Positions 40,429 through 50,140 of a DNA stretch of 64,000 bases are shown piece after piece; the stretch's first letter is position 1; each line of letters starts with the position of its first letter. The position numbers and the translations under genes were made by a program. The notes beneath the pieces were generated by a model that was not told where the DNA came from, made no database searches, and saw nothing but the letters and a program-made list of their open reading frames with translations. Origin of the DNA: an uncultured Chloroflexia bacterium (GTDB taxonomy: Bacteria; Chloroflexota; Anaerolineae; Anaerolineales; Anaerolineaceae); assembly GCA_963747965.1 (NCBI GenBank), contig CAVVGZ010000001.1, positions 223 to 64,222 of the forward strand. Reading direction: 5' to 3'.

Positions 40429-41932
40429 AGTAAAGAATATTTACTTGGTATTGATATCGGAACAACTGGAACTAAGTGTTTAATAATCAACAATTCAGGC
40501 GGGATTGTCGCGGAGGTAAATAAGCCAGCCACCCTGTTTTCCCCGCATGCGGACTGGGCAGAAGAAGATCCTCTGGAGTGGTGGGGAAATATTTGCAGTG
40601 GAGTACCTGAGATCTTAAAAAAAGCAAATATCCCTTCTTCTGACTTACACGCCATTGGCGTCAGCGGCATGGTGCCGACAACTATAATTGTCAGCCGTGA
40701 AGGAACCCCTCTTCGGCGAAGCATTCAGCAAAACGATGCAAGATCGATGATTGAAATTGATGAATTTAAAACCCAGGTGGATGAGGAAGATATCCTAATC
40801 CGCACAGGATCTGCCATCACGCAGCAGAGCATTGGTCCAAAACTGCTCTGGTTAGCCAAGAACGAGCCGGAAATATTCCGTGAGGCAGCGTGGGTGATGG
40901 GTTCCTATGATTACATAAATTTTTTGCTGACAGGCACAATCACCCTGGAGCAAAATTGGGCACTCGAGAGCGGCTTATACGATATCCATTGCAGGGATTG
41001 GGATGACGACCTCCTGGAATTATCCAGGATAACCCGGGATCAGCTCCCGTCGGTTCATCAGCCCAGCGAAGTAATTGGCAGAGTATCTGAAAGGGCTGCC
41101 AATTTAACAGGTTTAAAGGTTGGTACCCCTGTAGTAGCCGGCAGCGCTGACCACGTATCCTCCGCCTTCTCGGTTGGAGTCAGGAAAAATGGCGATTTGT
41201 TAATCAAATTAGGCGGGGCAGGTGATATCCTCTACTCTCTGGACACGCTGGCGATTAATAAGGCACTCTTTCTAGACTATCATGTGATTCCTGGATTATA
41301 TTTTAATCAACGGTTGCATGGCATCCAGCAGATCCATTATTAAGTGGTTTCGTGATCAGTTCGGCGGCGGCCGGGATTATCTTGAATTAGATGCCGAAGC
41401 CAACGAGATACCCGCTACATCTGATGGATTAATTCTGCTTCCGTATTTTATTGGCGAAAAAACCCCAATCTTTGATACCCGCGCTCGGGGTGTTTTCTTT
41501 GGGCTGTCTTTACATCATACTCGCGCCCACCTCTACCACGCCATCCTGGAAGGAATTTCTTACGGTTTTTATCATCACATACAGGTACTAAAGGAATCGG
41601 GTTTTGAAATTCAGCGGGTAAGGGTCTCCAATGGCGGCGCCCACAGTAAATTGTGGCGGCAGGTGACATCCGATGTCGTTGGACTGCCCCTGGAAGAGGT
41701 AGCCAACCACCCGGGATCTTCGCTTGGCGCAGCCTTCATTGCTGGTATGGGTGTCGGGATTTTTTCTGAATGGGAAGAGATTGAAAAGTTTATCAACCTC
41801 AAACCTCCAACAATTCCAAACCTTGAAAATCATGAAAAATACAAAAGATTCTATACTATCTTTAGGGATCTTTATGAAACAAACCGGCCGGTCTTCAATA
41901 AATTATCTTCCTTTGAAAATCCTATTGGGTGA
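40426..41932 (+). CDS. FGGY-family carbohydrate kinase (xylulokinase-like); frame change in the T-run at ~41302
   Basis: The N-terminus YLLGIDIGTTGTKCLII is FGGY-like, and the C-domain includes ARGVFFGLSLHHTRAHLYHAILEGISYG...GGAHSKLWRQVTSDVVG. The two ORFs join as PGLYF(L)INGCMASS.SIIKWFRDQF. Confidence 0.8.
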
Positions 41933-42041
41933 TAAAGTAGGCATCGATGCTTTTATAAATCAAACGCAACCTGAGTTTATCAATAATCAATCTCATTTTG
42001 ATCCTGTTACTGTATCAAATTCCCAGTGGATTGCGCAGGAA

Positions 42042-42422
42042 TTCAATATAAATGCCGATGAGATTTTTGAGGGCGGTCTGCCGCTAAATGATGGAGAGGA
42101 AATGTTCCTCTCTATTCGGAAAGAGGGCGTCATTGAGCTGGATTAAATTCAGCTGAAATTAGGGCTGATCGAAGCCCGACTATTTCTACAAACAATTCTT
42201 AGTAAAAGTGAAGATACAGGTAAGGACCGTTATTGGTGAAATCCAGGTAATCGGTTAACTCTCAATCCCTTCGCAGCGATTTAATCAGGAGACATCATTA
42301 ACCATTCCAGCGGATTACAGAAATCTTCATACTGGTCTAAGGAATTATGACCATCAACATCGTTTATCGCGGTTTCTCAGGAAAATATCCAGAAAATACC
42401 ATCCTTATATTCCATTCAGCAC
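42042..42422 (+). pseudogene. R2': duplicated junction fragment (3' end of a PotA-like gene plus the truncated 5' end of a GDPD gene)
   Basis: See R2. The GDPD-like reading frame diverges after ~22 codons and terminates without the rest of the domain. Confidence 0.8.
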
Positions 42423-43437
42423 ATTGGCGCTGTGCTGCTACAGTGTTTGTCTTCCAAAAAAGGAAAAGACATAAAAACAACAAGACATTGAAGGAAAACC
42501 TAAATAATTTGATTATTTGTAAATAGCTGTGGAGCGATAACGGCAACGCGTTTTTCACCCGAAAAAAATCGGTTCCAAAAACGACAGCCAATCTTGCTTT
42601 CAAATCCTCCAAAGCAGATTTCGGATTTTTGTCTAAAGGAAGCGTAGTTTTCCTGATCCACGTCAATAGGCTTCGTCCTTCATGAGTTGGTGTCTCTGTT
42701 TCTTGGTTTCTTCTTTCGATTTCGATTTTCATATCACCTCTATTGCAATAACAATATAAGGTATGGATAAGTAGATTTTAATATTCTTGCGGTTCTCACA
42801 ACTTTAATTCTAAATTGTTGAAAGCTGTTGGAGCAAAAACCCACCAGTCATAAAATAATCTCTCTTTGAGGCTCGCATTTGAATTTTCAGGTAGCGCGGC
42901 AGGAATAAAATCCCCTGTCCGGGCAATATCAGCCCATTCGGTATCCCCCATATCACGATTTTTCCTTACTCGATAATATTATGATAAGGAAGTTGTCCCC
43001 AAGACTTATTTTGACAAATGCTAAATATTGAAAATTTAGATTCATCACTTGTAGTAAAATGTTTTAAGTCGTACTTTCCCCAAATCCAATGCCAGAAACT
43101 TTGTTGTTGCATTTATTTATAAAGAGCTGCAATTCCACGATATGAATTGCAGCCTAATTCGTCACTAAATAAAAATGACCTTGATATTACCGTGTTTTCT
43201 TTTGGAAGATTTTCTATCTGAATAATTGCGTCAATCCAGCAATTTTTACTCCCAGGTCTCCGTAAAGCACGCTTGAGGCGTGAATTTTGTTTGTAATGTT
43301 GAACATACGCCAACATCCCGAATATGATGAGGCACCTTTCAGTTGTTTTTATAAAACGGGGGGAGCCTTCAAAAAACAATCATCCGGGTTGATTGTAAGA
43401 TATTAAATTTCGCCAGTCTGATGGCGCCTGAGTGCAC

Positions 43438-45310
43438 CTACTCTTTTTTGAAAAAGTATCGTTCCCTGGCCTTCATTTTTACATACTTTTGGCGGGCAGA
43501 TTGCACGTTGGGATCTTCGGATACTTCAGCAATGGCAACATCCCACCACGATTCGTACCCGCTCACCCGCTGCTCCCGGTCGGTCTCAATCACAATCACT
43601 GTTGAATTCTTTTGTGATTTTGCATCTTAGTAAAGCATTTTGAAGATCCTTTAATGTGTTCGCTTCGATCACATGTGCTCCAAGACTGCGGGCATTGGCA
43701 GCAAAATCAATCGGCAGATAATCACCGGAAAGTGTCCCGTTATCCTTATTTCGAAATTGATAGCGTGTCCCAAATCCCGCACTGCCCACTGAGGCTGAAA
43801 GACCACCAATGCTGGCATAACCATGATTATTTAACAATAAAACAATCAGTTTATATCCCTCTTGAATGGAAGTGATGATTTCTTGTGACATCATTAACCA
43901 GGCAGCATCCCCAACCATCACGTAAACCTCGCGTTCGGGAGCCGCCATCTTTACGCCAAGCCCACCTGCCACCTCGTAGCCCATGCAGGAGTAGCCATAT
44001 TCCAGGTGGAATCCTTTGGGGTCTCTTGTGCGCCACAATTTATGCAAGTCACCTGGAAGGCTGCCAGCGGCACAAACAACAACATCCTCAGGTTGTGAAA
44101 ATTCATTTACGGCTCCAATTACCTCCCCCTGGCTCAAGAGCGGATGATGCCCTAAATGATAAATGCGGTCAACCTCGGCATCCCATTCATGATTGTAATT
44201 CTGTGCTCGTTGTTGATAATCACTGCTGGTTTTAAAATCTGCTAGCAAGTTTCTCATTTCTTGCAAGGTAACCTTCGCATCTCCCACCAAAGGCAATGCA
44301 GAATGCTTAAAAGCGTCAAATTCAGTAACATTTATATTGATGAAACGAACATTTGGATTTTGGAATGCGGTTTTTGATGCACTTGTAAAATCAGTATAGC
44401 GTGTCCCGATACCGATGATTAAATCCGCCTCCCTCGCTAATATATTTGCCCCTGGTGTTCCGGTGACACCCATCGCCCCCAAAGCCAGGGGATGGTTATA
44501 TGGAATTGAACCCTTGCCGGCCATTGTTTCAGTTACCGGGATTCCTGTGGTTTCAATGAATTGTTTCAAAGCGTCAACAGCCCCACTGTAGATCACCCCC
44601 CCACCAGCGATGATCATTGGCTGTTTGCTATCTTTTATCCATTGGCAGGCAGTTGCAAGCAGCTGCTGGTCAGGGCGTGATCTGGCAATTTGCCATGTGC
44701 GCGGGTAGAAAAACTCTTCCGGGTAATCATAGGCTTCTGTTTGTACATCCTGCGGCATGGCAATCGTCACTGCGCCTGCATCTGCTGGTGAAGTTAGGAC
44801 ACGCATTGCTTCATACATCGAAGTAAGAATCTGGTCAGGACGGTTGATCCGATCCCAATACCTGCTGACCGGTTTAAATGCATCATTCACAGAGATATCC
44901 TGGCTTGTATCCCATTCGAGCTGTTGAAGAACCGGAGCAACATTTCGTCTGGCGAAAATATCTCCCGGTAAGAGCAGTACCGGCAGGCGATTCACTGTGG
45001 CAGTGGCAGCGCCTGTCACCATATTGGTTGCACCGGGGCCTATGGAGGTTGTACAGGCAAAGGTTTGCAGCCTGTTTTTCATTTTTGAAAACGCAGCCGC
45101 CAGATGAACCATGGCCTGTTCATTACGCGCCTGGTAATAACGAAAATCGGGATTCTGTTGAAGTGCCTGGCCAATACCGGCAACATTACCATGTCCAAAA
45201 ATACCAATGCAGCCGGCGAAGAATTTTTGTTTTACATCATCTCGCTGCACATACTGGTTCTTTAAAAATAATATCAATGCCTGACTAGTGGTTAATCGCA
45301 TGGTTGCCAT
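43438..45310 (-). CDS. iolD: 3D-(3,5/4)-trihydroxycyclohexane-1,2-dione acylhydrolase IolD (ThDP enzyme); frame change near 43626
   Basis: RLTTSQALILFLKNQYV...GIFGHGNVAGIGQAL...NEQAMVHLAAAFSK...PVLQQLE...KPVSRYWDRINRP is collinear with B. subtilis IolD. The C-terminal 60 aa (DAKSQKNSTVIVIETDREQRVSGYESWWDVAIAEVSE...) continue in another frame after ...LQNALL. Confidence 0.85.
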
Positions 45311-45335
45311 TGTTTTTTACCTTGATTCTTTTGAT

Positions 45336-46424
45336 TTATCGTTTATCCGGGTTCGGAAGCATGTAATTTCTAATTACACCCACCAGATCATGATAGGAGC
45401 CAATGAATCCCCGCAGAGTGCGGACAGTCGCACCATACGAATCAAATTCCTCTGCTGACAACCCATCTTCATCATATGCTTTTCTAAAATCATCAAAGTG
45501 CTCATATAAGCTGGAGATGATTTCTTTAGAAACGGGATTGCTCATTCGTTCTTTAACTTCAATATCAGATTGATTAAATCGCACTTGCCAGGCATAAGGT
45601 ATGGTAAGAATAATGTCTCCGCCAATCAGTTCTGACCAGTGCAGGTGATGCCGGTATGCGGCTGCTAGCAACCTTGTCCGGTATTTGCGTACCTGGTAAA
45701 TATCATAAGCTTTCTTAATACATGCAACGCCTGCCCAGTTTAGATACGCCGGGTTTACAATTATGCCGTCTCTTTCCGCCACTACTTTTATCCAATCATC
45801 GGTTCTGCCAATCATAATGGTGCAAACGGGTGTCATATTGTCTACAGGTTTTTTAGCGGCTGCCCTGCGGTTTAGTCCACGTTCGATCGCTTCTGCAACA
45901 GCTATTGCCTGTGGAACAGTGAAACAGACAGTGGCATTTATGTTTACCCCTTCGAAAGTTGCTTCTTCAATGGCGCTAATTCCTGCTTTTGTTACCGGGA
46001 TTTTTACCTGTATATTTGGTGCGAGGGTATTAAAGTGAATTGCCTGTTTGGTTATGGCAGTAGGGTTCCGGTAATTTGCTGCGTTGGTTTGGATGGAGAT
46101 GCGTCCTTTTTTTCCGTTTTCCCGCTGAAACACAGGGAATAATAGTTCAGCGCCCCGCACAGCCATTTCTTCGTTCAATTTCCAGGTTACACTTTCTTCA
46201 TTCCAATCCGGATTTTCTTTAATGATTTGAACAATCCTTTTTTCCCATAGGTCCAATTCTTGCTTTAAAACATCAAGAACAATCGTTGGATTTGTGGTTG
46301 CGCCTACAGCCCCACGTTCGATGGCATAGGTCAATTCTTTTAAGGCACAGGAATCATTCCAGTAATCGGTTGGAAATCCTGTAACAGATTTTTGCAAGGG
46401 ACTCATATCAGCTTCGCTTGCCAT
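45336..46424 (-). CDS. transaldolase-family protein (divergent; Gln at the catalytic Glu position)
   Basis: GATTNPTI, GRISIQTNA and the Schiff-base lysine context NIQVKIPVTKAGISAIE...GVNINATVCF are present. The protein is 362 aa. Confidence 0.8.
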   Translation of the reverse strand: MASEADMSPLQKSVTGFPTDYWNDSCALKELTYAIERGAVGATTNPTIVLDVLKQELDLWEKRIVQIIKENPDWNEESVTWKLNEEMAVRGAELLFPVFQRENGKKGRISIQTNAANYRNPTAITKQAIHFNTLAPNIQVKIPVTKAGISAIEEATFEGVNINATVCFTVPQAIAVAEAIERGLNRRAAAKKPVDNMTPVCTIMIGRTDDWIKVVAERDGIIVNPAYLNWAGVACIKKAYDIYQVRKYRTRLLAAAYRHHLHWSELIGGDIILTIPYAWQVRFNQSDIEVKERMSNPVSKEIISSLYEHFDDFRKAYDEDGLSAEEFDSYGATVRTLRGFIGSYHDLVGVIRNYMLPNPDKR

Positions 46425-47040
46425 TTTTTCTCCTTTGTGTGGGTATCATTATGAATACATGGTCGGATGCCATTAATCCTATTTATTAATTTTGGCAGTT
46501 TAATACAATTATTATCCTTTTAAATGGGAAAAATGGCTGTATAAGATTAATCATCCCGGTAATGATGGGTTATGTCTTCCTCCGGATAATTTCCTTAGGG
46601 TGATTGATTTCCCGGTTTATGCGGGCCATGGTTTAGGTATTGCAAACCAATGCCATTATAGCCACTTTTAGCAACACTGTGTGAGGATGATTATTTTATC
46701 CGGATTTTCCATGGCTCGAAAACCGTTTTGAAAGACTCATCCGCTGCTTGTGTATGAATTTTACAATCCAACATTGTGCTTGATATTATAATCATTTCTT
46801 CACCAGGCTTGATTACCCGGCCAAATTTCCCATTTTAAATATCACCTATAATCCTGGATATATCTTGCAGGATGAGTTCCAGCACCTCCCTGTTTTCTCC
46901 AACACCTGGAAAAATGATCGATTTTCAGTATGATAAGTGTCAGCAAGGGATGGTAACTATTCCTTGGAGGTGCTCTGCAATTCTAAAATTAGAATAGCGG
47001 TCCTTGATGACTCGCTGTTGAACAGTTGTCCCCCCGGATA

Positions 47041-47980
47041 TCAGGTCTGGTCTTGGGATTCCATTTCCAACTTCACCACGGGTAGGCGCGGGTCTTTTTC
47101 TCCAAAGGTTTGCTTAACCCAGGAATGATCCGGATCATCTGAACTTGTCAAAGATTGCGCACTCCCCGCTAAAAAGTTTAAGATAATATGTGGTATACCC
47201 GGGTGCTGAAACAACCGGATGATACCCTTCCGGAGAGAGGACCAGCATATTGTCGTGTACCAGGATCAGCTCATCTATTTCCCCGTCACCTGTATAGATC
47301 CTTTGATAAGCAAACCCCTTTGGCTTGTCGATTTTATAAAAATATATTTCTTCAAGATCCGCTTCAATCAGGTTTCCATTTTCATCATAGCGGTGGCGGT
47401 CATGCTTGTGCGGAGGATAAGAACTCCAATTGCCAGAAGGCGTATAAACTTCAACAACTACCAGCCGGTGGCAATCAAATCCCGGGGCTATCATTGAGTT
47501 AATCTGGCGGGTCACATTTCCTCCGCCCCTTATTTCTATTCTGGCCATTTCCGGAGTAATTAATTGCATGGCATGATCCTGGTCAGATCGCGCCCATCCA
47601 TACCCCAGGTCCAACTCGTTGGATAATGCCTCGATACTAAAGTGAGTATCCCTGGGAATGTATATCGTGTAAGGCATACCGGAAAAAACATCAGGCCGTC
47701 TCCCTATTTTTTTCCAGCTCAGCCGGTCGGATTTGAATTCAGCCTGGCCGCCCAACAAGACAACCGCCATCTCATTATCACCTGTGTAGGATTCCCAGGT
47801 TGATCCCACGGTTATTTTTCGTGCCGCAAAGGATAAATGCTCCCAACCTGCAATCTCCGGGGTGACTCTTATGTATTCATCATTATCAAAATTTGGTGAA
47901 ATATAAAGGGGTTTTGTATAAGGCATCTTCGGCATCCTTAATGGAAAATTGTATTTGGAATAATTTGTTGACCGGCCCAT
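47041..47980 (-). CDS. iolB: 5-deoxy-glucuronate isomerase IolB; frame change near 47170
   Basis: VVVEVYTPSGNWSSYPPHKHD...EEIYFYK...GFAYQRIYT...GYHPVVSAPGYTTYYL matches B. subtilis IolB. Removing one a from aaactttttag restores the family-typical tail YYLNFLAGSAQSLTSSDDPDHSWVKQ... Confidence 0.8.
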
Positions 47981-48055
47981 AATTAAAAGGCAAGGTACCT
48001 TAATTCTAATATTTCTTTATATATTCGCAAATGAACCATAAATCCTATCAAAACA

Positions 48056-48086
48056 ATGGAGCTGCGTTTATCTTACGCAGCTCCAT
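48056..48086 (-). terminator. terminator hairpin after the binding-protein gene
   Basis: A perfect 11-bp stem atggagctgcg/cgcagctccat with a 9-nt loop. T-rich tracts lie on both sides, so it is usable in both directions. Confidence 0.6.
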
Positions 48087-48130
48087 GTATTTTTCGGTTT
48101 ACTTCAGGAGAGTGAGTATTTGATTTGGAA

Positions 48131-49090
48131 CTATTTGGGCAAGAATTCGTCTACATTGTCTTGGGTGATGAGCACAAAATCCACCAGGATTTCAGGTGGT
48201 ACTGTTTCACCTTTGGCGATTTTTACGACAGTGTCCATAGCGGTCTGGCCCTGAACGGTTGTGTTCTGGGAAATTGTCGCAGCCAGGCGGCCATCTTTTA
48301 CTGCAGCCAATGCATCCGGGGTGGCGTCCAGGCCATAAACTTTAATGCTGTCAAGAAGCTTCGCATCCTCAACAGCCTTCAAAGCACCCATTGCCATGCC
48401 GTCATTATTGGCGACGATGGCTTTAAGAGGGGTGCCTGTCTGAAGCCAGTTTTCAACCAATGCCAGGGCTTCTTCGGTAACCCAGTTGGCGGTCTGTTCA
48501 TAGACAACTTTGATATTGGGATATTCCTCAAGAACCTTTTTGTATCCATCGGTTCTTCCGATTTGCGCATCGGAGCCAAGAGGACCAAGAAGGAAAGCAA
48601 CATTACCTTCACCGCCAATAGCTTCAGCAGCAGTTTTCATTTCCAGAACCCCGCCGTCCACATTCTGCACACCAACAAAGGAGTTAGCAGCTTCTGGTTT
48701 GCTGATTTTCTGGTTAACAACCACGACCGGAATACCGGCAGCTTTTGCAGCTTCAAGAGCAGGCACAACACCATCAACTGAAACGGGTTCAATGACGATT
48801 CCCGCAACACCTTGAGTCGTAGCGGTTTCAATCTGGCTAACCTGTTTGGCTGCATCTTTTTCGGCGTCATATACTACAAGATCTACACCCAACTCATCAG
48901 CTTTGGATTGAACAGCAGCAGTAAGCTCATTGGTGAATGCGTTGGTCTGATGGCTGATCATGAATGCATAGGGTTTAGCTGTCTCAGCGGCAGGTTCAGC
49001 CTCAGCAGCTGGTTGTGGTGCACAACCAACAAATAAGGCGACAACCAGTATTAAGGCAAATACCATGGTTAATTTTTTTGTGAACTTCAT
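48131..49090 (-). CDS. type-I PBP sugar-binding lipoprotein (RbsB-like; possibly inositol-specific, given its neighbours)
   Basis: It has a signal peptide with lipobox FVGCA. The PBP fold segments are YAFMISHQTNAFT, VDLVVYDAEKDAAKQ, GIPVVVVNQ and IVANNDGMAMGAL. Confidence 0.85.
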   Translation of the reverse strand: MKFTKKLTMVFALILVVALFVGCAPQPAAEAEPAAETAKPYAFMISHQTNAFTNELTAAVQSKADELGVDLVVYDAEKDAAKQVSQIETATTQGVAGIVIEPVSVDGVVPALEAAKAAGIPVVVVNQKISKPEAANSFVGVQNVDGGVLEMKTAAEAIGGEGNVAFLLGPLGSDAQIGRTDGYKKVLEEYPNIKVVYEQTANWVTEEALALVENWLQTGTPLKAIVANNDGMAMGALKAVEDAKLLDSIKVYGLDATPDALAAVKDGRLAATISQNTTVQGQTAMDTVVKIAKGETVPPEILVDFVLITQDNVDEFLPK

Positions 49091-49177
49091 AAATCCTCCT
49101 ATATTCTCTTTTTTTAACTCACCATTTTTCTGAAATAAACCAGATTCCTGTATTCACTGTTATTATAATTGATTTTC

Positions 49178-50140
49178 TTATTCCTTTCCTTTTCCTTTCA
49201 TATCTAAAAGTACCGCAATGATGATAATTGATCCCTTTATCAATAATTGAAAGTGGGAAGAAACATTCAAAATATCCAATCCGTTCCCGATCACTGCAAT
49301 CAACAATGCTCCGATAACTGTCCCATACCATTTTCCTGCGCCACCAGACATGCTCACACCGCCGATAATTACTGCGGCGATGGCATCCAGTTCGTATGCC
49401 TGGCCTGCGGTTGGATTGCCAGATACAATTCGGGAAGCCAATAAGGCTCCTGCAATTCCGGCTAAAAACCCGGAAATGGAATAAACCGCAATTTTGATCT
49501 TCGAGACATTAATACCGGATACTTTTGCGGCAACTTCATTCCCACCTACTGCATAAACCCTCCGGCCGAAAACCGTTTTTGTGAGTAAGAAGGCACTGAT
49601 AATGGTAACAATTACAAAATACACAACTAAATGGGGGATGGAATTTAGTACAAACCCGCCCGCAAGATTTTCAAACGCTTTGGTGACATTAAAAACTGGC
49701 TGCCCATCACTGGCTATTAAAGCCAAACCTCTAATGATGGTCATGGATCCAAGGGTGACAATAAAAGGCGGAATGTTTCCGTATGCAACACCAACCCCAT
49801 TCAGGACACCAGCCAGGAGTCCAACGCTTGCCGCTAAAACGATAGGAACAATAAGTGGAAATTCTCCAGGATGAGCAAAACTGGCAGCAATCACACCTGT
49901 AAGAGCGACAATTGAGCCAACGGATAGATCAATACCTCCGGAGATGATCACGAACATCATACCCATCGCTAGAATGCCGTTGATTGACGCTTGTTTTATG
50001 ATATTGATGAGGTTAGCCGGGCGGGCAAAGGCATTCGGTGAAAGGACCACTAAAATAGTCAAAATGGCGATAAAGGCAATGAAAATACCCAGTTCCCGCA
50101 AGGAATTCAGTTTGATGGAATTGTTGCTGTGTTTATTCAT
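49178..50140 (-). CDS. sugar ABC transporter permease (RbsC family)
   Basis: A polytopic protein with IIGGVSMSGGAGKWYGTVIGAL. The likely start ATG 50140 (MNKHSNN) overlaps the ATPase stop (ATGAATAA). Confidence 0.85.
   Translation of the reverse strand: MNKHSNNSIKLNSLRELGIFIAFIAILTILVVLSPNAFARPANLINIIKQASINGILAMGMMFVIISGGIDLSVGSIVALTGVIAASFAHPGEFPLIVPIVLAASVGLLAGVLNGVGVAYGNIPPFIVTLGSMTIIRGLALIASDGQPVFNVTKAFENLAGGFVLNSIPHLVVYFVIVTIISAFLLTKTVFGRRVYAVGGNEVAAKVSGINVSKIKIAVYSISGFLAGIAGALLASRIVSGNPTAGQAYELDAIAAVIIGGVSMSGGAGKWYGTVIGALLIAVIGNGLDILNVSSHFQLLIKGSIIIIAVLLDMKGKGKE

Noticed and set aside
25742-41343. Programmed ribosomal frameshifting as the explanation for the breaks at similar tttaatcaa sites in the AstE-like gene (25768) and the FGGY kinase (41301)
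   Set aside because: Both sites simply encode the same peptide (F)LING across a T-run. There is no slippery heptamer plus downstream structure, and the required shift directions are not consistent. A homopolymer length error is the simpler explanation.
42364-42732. A 122-aa minus-strand ORF
   Set aside because: Its C-terminal quarter is antisense to the GDPD 5' relic, so at least part is accidental. The N-terminal 80 aa are noted within the AT-rich patch finding but are not called as a gene.
48125-48781. A 218-aa plus-strand ORF
   Set aside because: It is fully antisense to the well-supported binding-protein gene, and its composition (Gly/Phe/Cys-rich) mirrors that gene's reverse complement.
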